Assembly (NCBI GenBank): GCA_002269645.1
Contig: NIVC01002501.1
Coordinates: 62,001-126,000, forward strand
DNA from: Macrostomum lignano
Taxonomy: Eukaryota
Length of the DNA: 64,000 nt
Direction: 5' to 3'
In this document: positions 22,927-39,446 of the stretch, one piece after another
How positions within the stretch are numbered: the stretch's first letter is position 1
How the letters are laid out: each line of letters begins with the position of its first letter
Notes under the pieces: generated by a model
Database searches by the model: none
Seen by the model: the letters and a program-made list of their open reading frames with translations, nothing else
Told to the model about the DNA's origin: nothing
Program-made: the position numbers and the translations under genes

Positions 22927-25900
22927 TTACAGGAATACTCCGTCGCTCGGATCCTCATCAGCGCTGTCATGGGTTTGGACTGCATGTACGTGTACCGCGT
23001 CGGGAGAAGAAGCGTTGGCGCGGTGATGCAGCTGAACTGGTTCGTCGAATTCAAACCCAAAATTTGTCTGCGTCTGGGCGCACGTCTGCGACTGGGAAGG
23101 CGACTGCCTGGGCTCGATCGTCAAGTCTTTCGTCGAGGACAGGCGACGTCGGTTTTCCAGATAGGCCGAAATTGTCTCGAGAGCCTGGCGCCGGTGCAGC
23201 TTCTCCTTGCTCTCCCGACAGAACATCCGCAGGCGGGAGACCGTGTACAGGTAGGGGTTCAAGGCCGAGTTGATTGGCAGCGCGAATATCACCAGGCCGG
23301 TGGTGGTCGTGCGGGAGATTTTGTAGCCGGACGACACCAACAAGAACAGCACGATGGTTGGCAGCCAGCAGATGAGATCCGTCAGCACCAGCAGGAATAA
23401 ACGGCGAGCCATCAAGTGGTCGATGTCCATCGCTTTGCGCTTTGCCTTTCGGCGCGTGTTCTTGAGGTACAGAAACACGCGCAGGTAGCAGCCGGTCATG
23501 AAGGCAAAAGCGGCGCAGTTGTACACGATGGCAACGAACTGCGGGACCCGCTGGAGCATGGGGATCTGGCTGTCTAGATAGAAGGGCGAGCAGGCCGCGT
23601 TCAGGTTATAGGGCATGTTCCTGCGCACTGTCTCCGATAGAAACAGCAGCGAGAAACTGCAAGTTGCGAGCCAGGTGCTGCCAACTATGATGGCCACTCT
23701 CTGCAGGGTCCAGCCGTGCTGCTTGAAGCGCTGCACAGTCAGCTTGTAGCGGTCGTACGACAGGAAGGCTAAAATGGTGACGGAGACCTCGCTGCTGATG
23801 GTGGCCAGGATGGCGCAGACGGTGCACAGGCTGGAGGCGCGCCACTGGTCGTCGTGAGCGATGTAAATGTGGCGGTAGGAGGTGTCGGTGCCAGCTATGA
23901 TCAACAGGTACACACCCATCAGCAGGTCTGCCAGACTGAGGTTTAAGATCAGAAAGTCCGTAGTCTTCTTCAGCAGCTTCTTCACCACTCGCCACGCGAT
24001 GACGAACAGGTTACCAAATAAAGCCAGGCAGCCGAAGATCCAAACCATGACCTGCTGCGCCAGATCGCCAAGTAGATCGTCGCACGAGCTGAAGCCGTCA
24101 GCTGGCGGTGTGCAGTTCACGGCGATGCCATCAGCCAGACAGCAGAATTTGAAGGAGTCGGTGTACAGATTGTCCAGCCGGCTCAGCTTTGCAAATGTCC
24201 CGATGGGAATGTAGACGTCCTGGCCGGTGCCAGACAAGTCCAGGGTGTTGAGCTGATGCGGCCCGCCGGTGAAAGCCATCTCATCGATGCTTTTTAGTGG
24301 GTTCCGGCTCAGATTCAGGTGGCGCGTGCTGTTGCTATCGAAGAGAAAATAGTTCGGCAGGCTGGCTATGCTCATATTCGAGAGGTCGAGGTCCACTACG
24401 AGTGGCAGGTGAGCGAAGCCGAAGCTCTCAATGGTTACTATCGGGTTACCTCGAATCAGCAGCGTGTTCAGATGTACCAGACCGGCCCAGACATGGCCTG
24501 GTATGATGCTGATTTCGTTGTTACTCAAATCAAGGTAGCGCAGATTGACCAGGTAAAAGAACAGGCCAACAGCAATCTCTTTAAGGCCGATACTGCGCAT
24601 CTCAAGCAGGCCAAGCAGGGACAGGTGGTCAAAGTCACCAGGCTTCGCAGAGACCTGCGTGTTCCCACTCAAGTACAGCGCCCTGGTCAACGGCGAGACA
24701 GTCTGATTGATGTTGAAGTTCAGTGGACGCAGGCACTCCGTGATGTAGCCACGACAGTTGCAGGGCTGCCGGCATTCCATGTCGCAGAAGGCCTCGTCCT
24801 CGCCGTCTCGACAGTGAGCGATCCCGTCGCAGGAATTCTCCGCCGGCACGCTGATGTTGAACGAGCCAAGTACGCCGTGAGGGCTGTGACAGCGTAGGTG
24901 ACCAGTGAGCTGTGATGGGGGTGGATGTCAATTATGAGCTGTGATGGGGGTGGATGTCAATTATGAGCTGTGATGGAGGTGGATGTCAATTATAAGCTGT
25001 GATGGGGGTGGATGTCAATTATAAGCTGTGATGGGGGTGGATGTCAATTATAAGCTGTGATGGGGGTGGATGTCAATTATAAGCTGTGATGGGGGTGGAT
25101 GTCAATTATAAGCTGTGATGGGGGTGGATGTCAATTATGAGCTGTGATGGAGGTGGATGTCAATTATAAGCTGTGATGGGGGTGGATGTCAATTATGAGC
25201 TGTGATGGGGGTGGATGTCAATTATAAGCTGTGATGGGGGTGGATGTCAATTATAAGCTGTGATGGGGGTGGATGTCAATTATGAGCTGTGATGGGGGTG
25301 GATGTCAATTATGAGCTGTGATGGAGGTGGATGTCAATTATAAGCTGTGATGGGGGTGGATGTCAATTATGAGCTGTGATGGGGGTGGATGTCAATTATG
25401 AGCTGTGATGGGGGTGGATGTCAATTATAAGCTGTGATGGGGGTGGATGTCAATTATGAGCTGTGATGGAGGTGGATGTCAATTATGAGCTGTGATGGGG
25501 GTGGATGTCAATTATGAGCTGTGATGGGGGTGGATGTCAATTATGAGCTGTGATGGAGGTGGATGTCAATTATAAACTATCAAATTATCAGACAGTTTGC
25601 AAAACAGCAAATGCTCAGCACGCACCAGAGGAGGCTCAGAGCAGTCGATCTCATCGGCCCCATCGCTGCAGTCCTGCACGCCGTCGCACAGCCTGTAGAC
25701 CGGGATGCAGTAGCCAGAGGGGCACTGGAAGAGACGCCGACAGCCAAAGCCCGCACGGTCGCCCACACAGCTGCGCAGGTGCTCCATGTTCGGGCAGACC
25801 TGCTTGCCAAACTGCCGCCGATCGAAGACGCACGCGTCGCGCCTGGGAAAACACTTCACGTGGTTTAACATGCAGCGCTCCCATTGGCTGTCGGGGCAGT

Positions 25901-28900
25901 CCGGGAACTTCTGCGAGCCCGGATCGATGACGTCCTCGCCTCGGGTGCAGTTGTTGGCGCGTAGGCACGTCATGGCCTCGTCTTCTAGCAGGCTGCCCGG
26001 ACAATCGACCTGCGTGTCGTTCACCAGGCCGTTCGGGATGCACCGACCGCTGAGGCACTGGAAGCCGTTGCAGGTTTCGCAGTTCTGCTCGTCGGTGAGG
26101 TCCTGGCACGAGCTGATGCCGTTGCAGCTGAATTCATTTGAAATGGGGTTGGTTTCAGACATTTTACATCACAAAGTACCTCTGAGTGGCTGAATTAGCC
26201 ATGCCCTGAGGTTTGCAACTATACATACTTGAAAGTAGAAATTCAGAATTTTGCTGATAAACTCAATGACCTGTTTTTTCGCACTTAATTTGAAGAAATA
26301 TAATCTCGGTCGATAGACCATGATTACAGGTAAATATATATCGCTGTAAACTGCTAGGGAGACAAGACAGATGAATTATTCATTCCCTTCTTGGCCAAAC
26401 ACAAGAAAAAAATCCTGAGGTCCAAAATAAGGTTTTAGTATTTACCGCTGCTCATTGGGAATGCACTCCTTGGTTCTCTCGCATTGGAATTCGTTCGCTT
26501 TGCACGGGCTGAACTGGCAGTCGGCCTCGTCCAAGCCTGTGCTGCAGTCGACCTTGTGGTCGCACAGCCGAGACCAGCTGATCCGCTGCAAATGAGTGCC
26601 GCCGCTGTTGCACTCGAAGAATCGATCGACAACTTCCGAGCTGCAGTCCATTTCGTCCTCGCCACCTTCGAAAGAAACGAATTTGTAAGAGAGAATTTTT
26701 GAAGCCGGCTCAACCAAAGCAGGCATCTTCAGACTCTACTTCTCTCACTTTTCTTTAAGTATGCTTACAGTGCAACAGTAAAGAAGGCGTGCTATTGCCA
26801 TAAAGTTCAGAGATCCACCTTTCACTGCGATGATTAGTGAAAATCTACTACAAGGGACGAACCAACAAACTCACAAACTATTGATAATTTAACTGATGTC
26901 CGCTATGCTAAAAATGAGTCGTCTGCTGCTAAAGAAGCACTGAATGCTCTGGTTTTCATGTCTTTTCGTTTTTTGACGCTTCATGCACTCACTGGGACAG
27001 TCCTTCTTTCCATCACACTGTCCGTCGCTGCTGATGCAGGTCCCATCGAGACAGGCGAATTGGTTGCTACGACAACCGACCTGCTCGGCCACCGGGCTAC
27101 GCTCGCAGAGCACGGACCGAGTTGGCAGCCTTCCGATCTCACCGCCAGTGCGTCTGTTTTCATGAAATATGGGCGCTTCGACATCATCATGAATCCAGCT
27201 GAACCCCACCGGATTGAAAGCGTTCGCTAGATCATCGTCGCTGCCAGCTCTGCTGTAATCGGAAAAGGGATTCCTGTCCGATGAGAACACGAATATGCGG
27301 CCTCTCTGCACCGAGTAGCGCCAGACTCGCAGCATTTGATTGAAAGGCTTCTGCTTGCTGACCTCCTTCGGCATTGTGGCAATCTGGCTGCCCAGCCTCT
27401 CGCACATGAGCCTGGCCGCATCCAAGGTCAGGTTCGGTTCCACGGCACTACTGTTGAGAGTCAACAGCATGTAGCACTGGCGCTTGTGCTCGATCCAGTT
27501 GTCTGCGCAGGTGGGAGCCTCCGCCCGGATCTTCTCCAGCTGCTGGTTGAAATGGCGCTCCAATTCTACCTTGTGATTTTCGTCTCGAGACCGTTCGCAG
27601 ATGTGGCTCTGGCCTTTGATCTCGATGTTGCAGGGCACCTTGATCCAGTTGGAGTGGTGCCGCGGGTTGTGCAGCATCATGCCCACGCACGGGTAATTGG
27701 GATCGTTGCTCGGCTGTGGGAATTCCTCATTGATGAAGGCTTGAACGTTGGGCGAAGAGCGCGAGTAGACCGTCTCATAGTGCGAGGGGAACCACTCGTG
27801 AAAGACGAAGGGCTCGCCGTTGCTCCACTCAAAGTTCTGGAAATTTGTACATGTAGCTCGTAAATAAGGTGTAGTTTTAAGCAGAATTTAGTAGAAAAGG
27901 TCCGTGTAGCACCTAAGTCAGGGGCTTTTTTTAGAGGCAGGGGGGTTGTGTGCACCCTGGCGCACTTTAAGCGACATAGGCACACAACCGGCGAGAGGCA
28001 TTACTGCCCATTCCGCCGACTCCCCTGAGCAGGTATACAAGCGCGCGGATACGTTACGCAGGCACACACTCACACAGGAGTGTACAGCGGCCCTAACTTT
28101 ATCAATTTTTAGGCATGTACACTTCACTGCGCCTTGGGGGGGTTGGCTCTCAAGGCCGTTAATTGCACAAGCGAGCCAAGCCGAAATTCCAATTCAGCCC
28201 CAAATTAATGTGGCTGCACTTGAAATCGAGCCTGGGTCGCGGCACACCAGAGCAGCTGCGCTACCGCTGGGCTACGGCCCCCCTAAGTCAGGGGCTACTT
28301 AAATTTAACTATTGAAGTAGAAACTAATTTTAAGTTTTATTGAAGAACAGCTGACTGGCTGATGCTTCGATTATTTTAACGTCTTCCTCGCAAGTATAAA
28401 CATTTTGCAAGGCAGCAAAGCATTGCAGTCACTCTATCGCAATAACAGGGTCCAACAGCTATAGGGCCTACAGAAACTTTCAAGTCTTATAGAGCAACCA
28501 CTTACATTGCTGAGGTAGAAATAGTCCATGTTGAAGCTCTCGTCCTCTTGAGGAATTCGAACTGTCGGTCGGAACTCCGTTCGCACCTCCGGCCGAGCCC
28601 GCAGCCCGATGTAGATGAACACGTCCGGGTGGGCGAACGCCTCCGAGTGCCATTCGTAGAGCAGCATCTGTTTGATGGCGTTCATCTCATCCTGGCTCTG
28701 GATGCTGACCAGGTGCCCGCCAAGCCTTGAGCACTCCATTGAGGCTTCATCCCAGGAGACCGGAGCGCTTGGACGCTTGTACGCGTAGCAGGAGTTGTTG
28801 AAGCTAATCCATCCTGGCTCGGAGCAGGGCTCGAACTTCATGCGACTGGCGTCCTGCTTCAGCTTGAAAGATATGGAGAAGCCCTGGTAGGAGCTGGACG

Positions 28901-31900
28901 TTTGGGATATCTTACTGGCCTGGAAATGCGGGAGGTGAATGAATGATCTTACCACTTATACTTTAATCTTCAAAGACCAACCTCTCAATAGTTCGGCTAA
29001 ATGCAATAGGCCTTTGCCCCATCTGGAGACAAAAACTCTGTGCAAATACTTTACCTGTAAACTTACCAGAAACATCAACAGCAGTCTTCGACTTGATATA
29101 GTGGAGAACTTCTCCCCTTTCTTGTAGCCACAGAGAGTTGTCTCCTTGCTGAATGAGCCGTTGATGGACTCGGACATGAGGAGCTTGCTGTTCAGGCACA
29201 CGTCGAGGGTGAACACGTCCAGCGAAAACTCGTAGTAGTGACTGAGGCTTTCCGACTCGTTCCGACTTTGCAGCGGGTCGAAGATCCATACCAGGGGCTC
29301 CTCGTAGTTCTGGTACGCGAAAGGGTAATTTGGGGTCTCCAAGAAGCCGCATTCATGTTGAACAATCTGCTCGCTATCTGAATTGACATTTTTAATTTCG
29401 TTGTGCGGCACGCGAGTTCGACACTTTTGCTCCAGGTGGATAGACCAGTGATCAGGCGAGAACGGACAGGTGGAGGTGTAGCTGACAGTCACCAAGTAGG
29501 ATCCATTTATCTGCTGACGAACGAAGTTTAAGGTCGAGGAGCAGTTGGCCTTGTCGAACATCGATAAGGGACCTGGAAGGCTCTGGGTTTCGTTGAGCAA
29601 CATGAGCGCCGTCAAGAATCGGTTTGTGAATAACGAAAATACGAGATACGGCTCGGGTGTAACGAAGGTCACAGAGTGATTGGACACACTTTCAATGCAC
29701 TTTTTCACGGGCGACTGCAGCATGACGCAGTCGGCGTTAATAATTTCCTGTTTCTGGTTCCAGAAGTTCACGTGGTCGCATTTGTACCGGTTTATATTAA
29801 AGCTGAGGACGACACCGTCAGGGACCACCTGTTCCTGCCCTCTCGGGTCTTCAAAATAATAAATCCACGTTTCCATCGACTTGTTCCGAGCCATAACCAC
29901 TATTGGGGGGCTGGGCGCGCAGTAGGGGCCTTCTGTCTCTTCATTACCGTCTGCGTCCGTCAGGATGATGATGAAGCCGCTCATGCGACAGCTCGGATCA
30001 GGCGGGTCGGTGTACAAACCGAATCGAGTAAAATTAAAGTACACATCGGACTTCCATTCAGCGGATTTGATGTAGAGCGGCACGGTTAGCTGCACAGATC
30101 TCTGTCTGGGTTGAATTGCGTGCATTTTTTCCTGTAAAGATTTGAACGAGTAGATGAAGCTGAAGTTTTTATAGGTGGCGATTCGTGAGTCAGCAATCAT
30201 TGGACTGTCGCCAACTTCGCTAGAATCGTTGCCCATGCGGTCTCGCATTCTGCTGGCCTGGACAGTCAAAACTAGCGGGTCCAGCACTCGAGAGTAGAGC
30301 GAGAATACAAACACCATCATCTGAGGCGACAGCCTGTCAAATTCTACCGGGTCAAGACAGGTCAAGCCGGTCGTGTTTGGTTCGTTCATGAAGTTGTGCT
30401 CCAGCAGGTCCCTTGGTGTAGGAGACGCCATCAGCCGGTCCGAGTAGGCCAAGATCAGGTTTCTGTAGCACTCGGATTGGTTGCGCGAAGTTGCATTGAC
30501 GAAAGACAGCGTGGCGTTGATTTTTCTGGCGTAGGCGGTCTCGAACTTGAAGATGTAGGTGCTGTGGTTGTAAAAGGCGCTGTCAATCTCCGTGACGTAG
30601 TTTGGCGCCACTTGGCTGAGATCGATAGTCACGGGCTTGTCATCTTCCAGAGTGAACTCGTCAATGCGCTTGCGGTACTCCCACTCTTCCCTCTTCAAGT
30701 CGGTGTACCGGATTCTGAACCGGCTGGTGGACTTGCTGTCAGTTCTGAAGGCGATTGAGGCCGAATCGGAGTTAATGTGGTAGTAGAACGGCGTTCGATA
30801 GCCGCAGCCATAATCGTTGAAAGTTTCGTTGCCAATGGCATGAATGATCTCTAGCCGGTCGTACACACAGCTTGCGCCTGAATAGTCCAACCGGAACGAT
30901 TCGAAGTCAAGCAGCAACATCCTTCGTGGCGAGCTCGAAGTTATGTTTACATAGCAGAGGCTCACGCGGTCCGCATTGGGCCTGTCGATTGAGACGATGC
31001 TATCCGTTGTGGCCTCGAGGTTCTGCTCTCCGCTGATGCAGTGCACGGGCAGGTACTGCGACAAAGTCACCTTGAAGCCCGTTTTCTCAATTTGACTGTC
31101 CGATCGAAAGATTAACCGAATGTCCGAGCCAAGGCTCTTCCAAACGGTGTCTTGTCGGCCGTCGCTCAGGGTGCAGACGCTGCCGCAGCATTCGACGCTG
31201 GAGTTGAAAGCGGCCTCTTCAAAGACCAGACTATCCCGAACGCAAGACTGGTCGTCCGGCTTTTCAATGTGCAGGTGGCTGAACTTGATCTGGAACAGGG
31301 CGCCGGGCTCAGTGGCGCGGATGAGCACGGAGCAGTTGACATTCGGTGGATAGAGATTGCTATCGTTGCTTATCGTCGGTGAGTATATTGTGATGAGAGA
31401 GCTCTGTACCACAGGGACGTCGTTATGAAGATCGCAGATGCCGTACCTATGGTGGGGTATTTTTAATCCTATTGTTAAATGTGATGGAGAGTTGGGAGTC
31501 ACTGTCTTGAAGAGTTGGTAGTCACTGTGTTGGAGAGGTAGTCACTGTGTTAGAGAGTTGGGAGTCACTGTCTTGGAGAGTTGGGAGTCACTGTCTTGGA
31601 GAGTTGGGAGTCACTGTCTTGGAGAGTTGGGAGTCACTGTCTTGGAGAGTTGGGAGTCACTGTCTTGGAGAGTTGGGAGTCACTGTCTTGGAGAGTTGGG
31701 AGTCACTGTCTTGGAGAGTTGGGAGTCACTGTCTTGGAGAGTGGGGAGTCACTGTCTTGGAGAGTTGGGAGTCACTATCTTGGAGAGGTAGGAGTCACAA
31801 TCGGTAGCCAAGCTCCAATGTTAGGAGCTAGGATGGGAAACTCACCCTGATTCAGTAAATTTCGGATTGTACGCCGATTCCAGCAGCTGATTTGGCTCAA

Positions 31901-31979
31901 GACCATCGTGGCCGTGGCTGTGCGGCTGCGGCAGCTGCACGCACACCAAGACGAATAGCAGCAGCCCGACTCGCTCCAT
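22927..31979 (-). CDS. GRL101-type (LDLa-LRR) leucine-rich-repeat GPCR with CUB and C-type lectin domains, ~2,131 aa; exons 31846-31979, 29067-31446, 28587-28919, 26993-27836, 26446-26665, 25626-26127, 22927-24909
   Basis: Signal peptide MERVGLLLFVLVCV. CUB domains (YPPNVNCSVLI…FRSD…GF), CTL domains (WISFNNSCY…WDEASMECSRLGGHLVSI), several LDLa (C..G.CI..…CDG..DC..G.DE..C), LRRs, hinge CTPPADGFSSCDDLL, 7TM with DRY and NPYLY. All six introns are GT-AG and phase-consistent; total 6396 nt. Confidence 0.9.
24907..25577. repeat. 29-bp minisatellite (~23 units) filling the last LGR intron
   Basis: Unit [G/A]AGCTGTGATGGGGGTGGATGTCAATTAT. Confidence 0.95.
27927..28281 (-). mobile_element. tRNA-derived SINE (family A) in an LGR intron, 15-bp TSD
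   Basis: TSD CCTAAGTCAGGGGCT at 27912-27926 and 28282-28296. Homologous to 43374-43744 and ~61473-61832. Confidence 0.88.
31490..31800. repeat. 23-bp minisatellite (GTCACTGTCTTGGAGAGTTGGGA)n in LGR intron 1
   Basis: Direct inspection. Confidence 0.93.
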
Positions 31980-32494
31980 GAATTGCCTTCTCATAGGGCC
32001 GTTGGCATCGGCAGACTGCTGGGCTGGCGATCAAGTTTAGTGCTGTCGACTGCTTCGGCTGGGCAAGTGAGTAAAAATACCCAAAACTTTAGTGAGGAAT
32101 TGCAGCTCCCTGGCCTGCTTGGCGAGTCCCTGCAGTTTCTACTGGAAAGAGAGACAGCGGCAGGGAGACGGGGGAAGGGAGACGCAGAGGTGGGACGGCA
32201 GCTCGCGAGAAGCAGCTGGCGGCCTCCCAGAGCTTATCGCAGCCACCAGCGGTGCGAATCGAATGTGCAGTCCGATGAATTTAATGACTCGGTGGCCCAG
32301 CTTATCGCACTGCAGTGCGGCTACGGGTTTCGAGTCCGCCTGCCGAGTTTCCTGGTTGCGAGGCCCAGGTCCGTGCCGGCCCCCCTGGATCTAAACTGCT
32401 GCGGCATTTCTTTGTTGTTAATTTAATGGCTTTTCACCTCTCCGTTCTGTCCATGACGCACAGGCGTCTACGACAACTGACTGTCGCCAACCCC

Positions 32495-32755
32495 AACCCT
32501 AGCCTAAACATTAACCTAAACGCAAACCTAAACTTTACCTGAACCCTAACCTAAACCCTAACCTAAACCCTAACCTAAACCCAAACCTAAACCTTAGCTG
32601 AACGCTAACCTAAACCCTAACCTAAACCCTAACCTAAACCCTAACCTAAACCCTAAACAAAAATTCGAAGCGAAACCCTAAACTAAGCCTAAACTAAACT
32701 CTAATCTAAACCTAAACTAAACCCCAAACAAAGCCCCAACCTAAATCCAAACCCT
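32495..32755. repeat. Degenerate (AACCCT/AACCTA)n simple repeat
   Basis: Direct inspection. Confidence 0.8.
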
Positions 32756-33094
32756 TAAATTGTTGGGCGTCAAATTGCTGGCAATCAATTTGCTGACAGT
32801 TTTTGACGACATTCAAATGTCCTAAATATTACAAAAATGTAATTTTATGTACAAATCATACTACTGCGATAACAGTAGTATAAATCAACAAGAGATCAGA
32901 TAGTGAGCAAAAATAGGATTTTACATGCGTTTGAAGAAATCGGTCTTATTTTTTACTATATTTTTATTTCTGTTAAAGTCCAACAATGTTTTGACAGCAA
33001 TTTCGATTCAAAATAGAAAAAGAAGAACAAGTCGGTCGAGTGGATTTGCGTGACCTTGACCCGACCTCATCCCAGCTCAGTGCCAGAATAAGCA

Positions 33095-35864
<2,770 letters not shown>

Positions 35865-36284
35865 CAAACTGGATGTCGGTGGCTGCACGTAAAACATACA
35901 GCCGAATTTCTCAGTCAAACAAAAATAAGAGGAAAAATGAAATTGAGCTGCACAAAGTTGCCTCTGTGATTTCCCGTGTAAATTCTTTTACTGACTGAAC
36001 TCTGCAGAGTTGGGGAAAGCTGAGACACAATAAGAACGGAGTGGAAGATCGGTGGAAATATCCCCTCAGATCCCCCACTGGGATTGTACGCGCATGGGCA
36101 GGGTTGCTCAGAGTTTGCCCCACGTATCTGAGGGGAAGGCAGGCGGGCAACAGATGGCGCAGGGCTCAGGGTCCGGCAGGGCAGCGTGGGCTCCGTGACG
36201 TGGCAGAGAGTGTTGGTCAGTTCGCTTGATCCGGCCTGTCCGTCTGGCGCTGCGCTTAACCACCGCTCAGTGTGTGAGGATACA

Positions 36285-36630
36285 GCAGGAACACAGCAGG
36301 AATACAGCAGGAATACAGCAGGAATACAGCAGGATTACAGCAGGATTACAGCAGGAATACAGCAGGAATACAGCATGAATACAGCAGGAATACAGCAGGA
36401 ATACAGCAGGAATACAGCAGGAATACAGCACGACTACAGCAGGAATACAGCAGGAATACAGCAGGAATACAGCAGGAATACAGCATGAATACAACAGGAA
36501 TACAGCACGACTACAGCAGGAATACAGCAGGAATACAGCAGGAATACAGCAGGACTACAGCAGGAATACAGCAGGAATACAGCAGGACTACAGCAGGAAT
36601 ACAGCAGGAATACAGCAGGAATACAGCAGG
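36285..36630. repeat. 11-bp minisatellite (AATACAGCAGG)n
   Basis: Direct inspection. Confidence 0.93.
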
Positions 36631-36777
36631 AATGAAGTCAGCTCTAATCGGCAGCAATCACCAGCCACTTGGTTTATATATTTATAAATTGAAATTACAA
36701 AACCATTGGGTACAAAGATTCGCGCAGAAATTTAAGTACAAAGACGCAGGTAAAATAGTGATTAGTCAGTCATCTGC

Positions 36778-37794
36778 TCACACAGTCTTCTTGGTGCTGT
36801 CCGGCTCTTCAGCGACTTCACCGACAAGATCTCCGCTCTGCATCTTCTTGATGTACACGGCTTTGAGGATCTCCAATGACTGGCACTGCAGGTGCGACAT
36901 GATCAGGCAGAACAGCATTGCCAGCAGCGAGGATGACGACATGGCGTAGAGCATGGCCCTGCGAATCAGTTCGGTCAGTGGCTGAGCTGTCAGGAGCAGC
37001 TTGACTTGGCTATTGCACACGCTCCCGCAGGGTGTACAACGGCTCTGACTTCCTCATCGTTAGGTAGCGCACAGACTCTGAGTCCGTGCATTGGAAGGTT
37101 TGGCCAGCCTCCCAGATCCTCAGTTGCTGGGCCAGCCTCCCAGATCCTCAGTTGCTGGGCCAGTCTCCCAGATCCTCAGTTGCTAAGCCAGCCTCCCAGA
37201 TCCCCAGTTGCTGGGCCAGCCTCCCAGATCCTCAGTTGCTGGGCCAGCCTCCCAGATCCTCAGTTGCTGGGCCAGCCTCCCAGATCCTCAGTTGCTGGGC
37301 CAGCCTCCCAGATCCCCAGTTGCTGGGCCAGCCTCTCAGATCCTCAGTTGCTGGGCCAGCCTCCCAGATCCTCAGTTGCTAAGCCAGCCTCCCAGATCCC
37401 CAGTTGCTGGGCCAGCCTCCCAGATCCTCAGTTGCTGGGCCAGCCTCCCAGATCCTCAGTTGCTGGGCCAGCCTCCCAGATTCTCAGTTGCTGGGCCAGC
37501 CTCCCAGATCCCCAGTTGCTGGGCCAGCCTCCCAGATCCTCTACCACCCTTATTCCTAAAGACTGCACAAAAAGTGACTCACTTGAACTGCTTGCTCTCA
37601 GGATCTAGGATTCGCCTCTGCTGGTAGGCCATCGTGAACAGAGCCAAAGAGCCCGTGAAGGTGATGGCGAACAGAGCTGAGAACAGGATGTACCAGCCGC
37701 GGTACCGCCTGAGCAGCTTCCGAACTTGAACAACTTCATCGTCTGAGAGAATTCTCGTGTTGCCATCCACCCAGTTGTGGTACATGGACCGCAT
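36778..37794 (-). CDS. Small two-transmembrane protein of unknown function; exons 37583-37794 (5' end uncertain) and 36778-37009
   Basis: Hydrophobic segments WYILFSALFAITFTGSLALF and AMLYAMSSSSLLAMLFCLIM. Phase-2 GT-AG intron gives QF-N-QVKLL. Confidence 0.6.
37100..37535. repeat. 28-bp intronic minisatellite (GCCTCCCAGATCCTCAGTTGCTGGGCCA)n
   Basis: Direct inspection; the reverse complement occurs at 41180-41915. Confidence 0.95.
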
Positions 37795-38744
37795 GCTGGT
37801 CAAATCAAGCAGAAATTTCAATTTCAAAAACAGCCTTGAATTTCTAAAAATATTGAAATGCGAGCACTTGAGCATTTTAAAAGAGTCCTCGGGCAATCGA
37901 TGTAGCTCAAAGTGGTAAAAGAACTTTAACCATAGACACAATATTTCAGTGAATGTTCGATGTTTAATGTCGTCAGCCATAAATGGTAAATATTCCCCAT
38001 TTATACCATTTGCGAAGCATCGGTCACTCAAGCATTTATTGCCATAGACACATGTATAAATGGGGAATATTTGATGTATCCATCTGTTGCCATTTATTTG
38101 CACTCAGTTCCACCGGTGCAAACAAATGAAATAAATAATTAAACCATAGACTGCTGCACCAGTGAGCTGGGGGATACATCATATATGCTGCATAGAAAAC
38201 TTCATTAAGGCTCGATGTACTCGTGAAGGTGAGCAGTGAGCACCGCACAGCAGCAAAAGGCAGATTTACAGGTGAGACACCTCACAGCAGTCTCATCAAT
38301 ACGGAGAATAATAGGCGGCAATTCAATGGTGAACTCAGAGCTCTACTCTCTTCGCCCAGAGTCGTATAAGTTTCTCAGTTTGCACAGAGCACACAGCCAA
38401 GACTGGGTTTGATGCAGATGGGCAGGTGAAACTGTGCCAAAGGAGGGCAGAGAGATACGGAGCGAGCGAGGTAGAATAGAAAGAGGAGAGCAGAGAGAGG
38501 CGGCTGGCGGACTGAATTTCATCTTTAAACACAGGCAGGCAAAAGCGCAGCGGGCAAAACAGGCAGGGCACACGGCAGCAAAGGAGCTGCAGCGAAAGAC
38601 ACCCCGGGCGGAGCCAAGGCCGAGAGCAGCAGGGCAGATCAGCTGATTGACAGATGCGGCTGGTTAGGGTTAAGCGCCGCTCCACAGCGCATTATCAGCG
38701 GCACCAACCCCAGGATGTGGACTGGTGAGTGGGGGTGAGATCAC

Positions 38745-39090
38745 AGACAGGGAGATGAGAGACAGGGAGATGAGAGACAGGGAGATCAGAGACAGGGAGA
38801 ACAGAGACAGGGAGATGAGAGACAGGGAGATGAGAGACAGGGAGATGAGAGACAGGGAGATGAGAGACAGGGAGATGAGAGACAAGGAGATGAGAGACAG
38901 GGAGATCAGAGACAGGGAGAACAGAGACAGGGAGATGAGAGACAGGGAGATGAGAGACAGGGAGAACAGAGACAGGGAGATGAGAGACAGGGAGATGAGA
39001 GACAGGGAGATCAGAGACAGGGAGATCAGAGACAGGGAGATCAGAGACAGGGAGATGAGAGACAGGGAGATGAGAGACAGAGAGATCAGA
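38745..39090. repeat. 15-bp minisatellite (GAGACAGGGAGATGA)n
   Basis: Direct inspection. Confidence 0.93.
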
Positions 39091-39446
39091 GAGGCTAAAA
39101 GTCAATCTGCTAATGCGTCTTCATTGCGATTGAGCAGCTCGACTTTCCAATTCAATAATTGGCCTTGCTGGGGCTGCAGCGGCTCCGGCAATCTGACCAA
39201 TCGCATTCAGTTCTCCACTGAGCAATAACTTTAAACAGCTGCTAACAGAAATCCAGTTTAATGGATTATAAAAGCATTTCTACACAATATTTACACCTGA
39301 AACGGGAGAAATGAACTATAAGACGAGTTTTCAAGGCAAAATCCGGTAAGTTCGATTCCACGAACGAGCCAAATTCAACACTGTGCTCATGCCTGCCGAC
39401 CGATGAGAAAGTCAGGGTCGCTGTACACCCTGTGTAAGCGTGTGCC

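Noticed and set aside
32495-32755. Telomere or interstitial telomeric array
   Set aside because: Mixed AACCCT/AACCTA units, not a pure (TTAGGG)n tract; more likely a simple repeat inside a MITE-like element.
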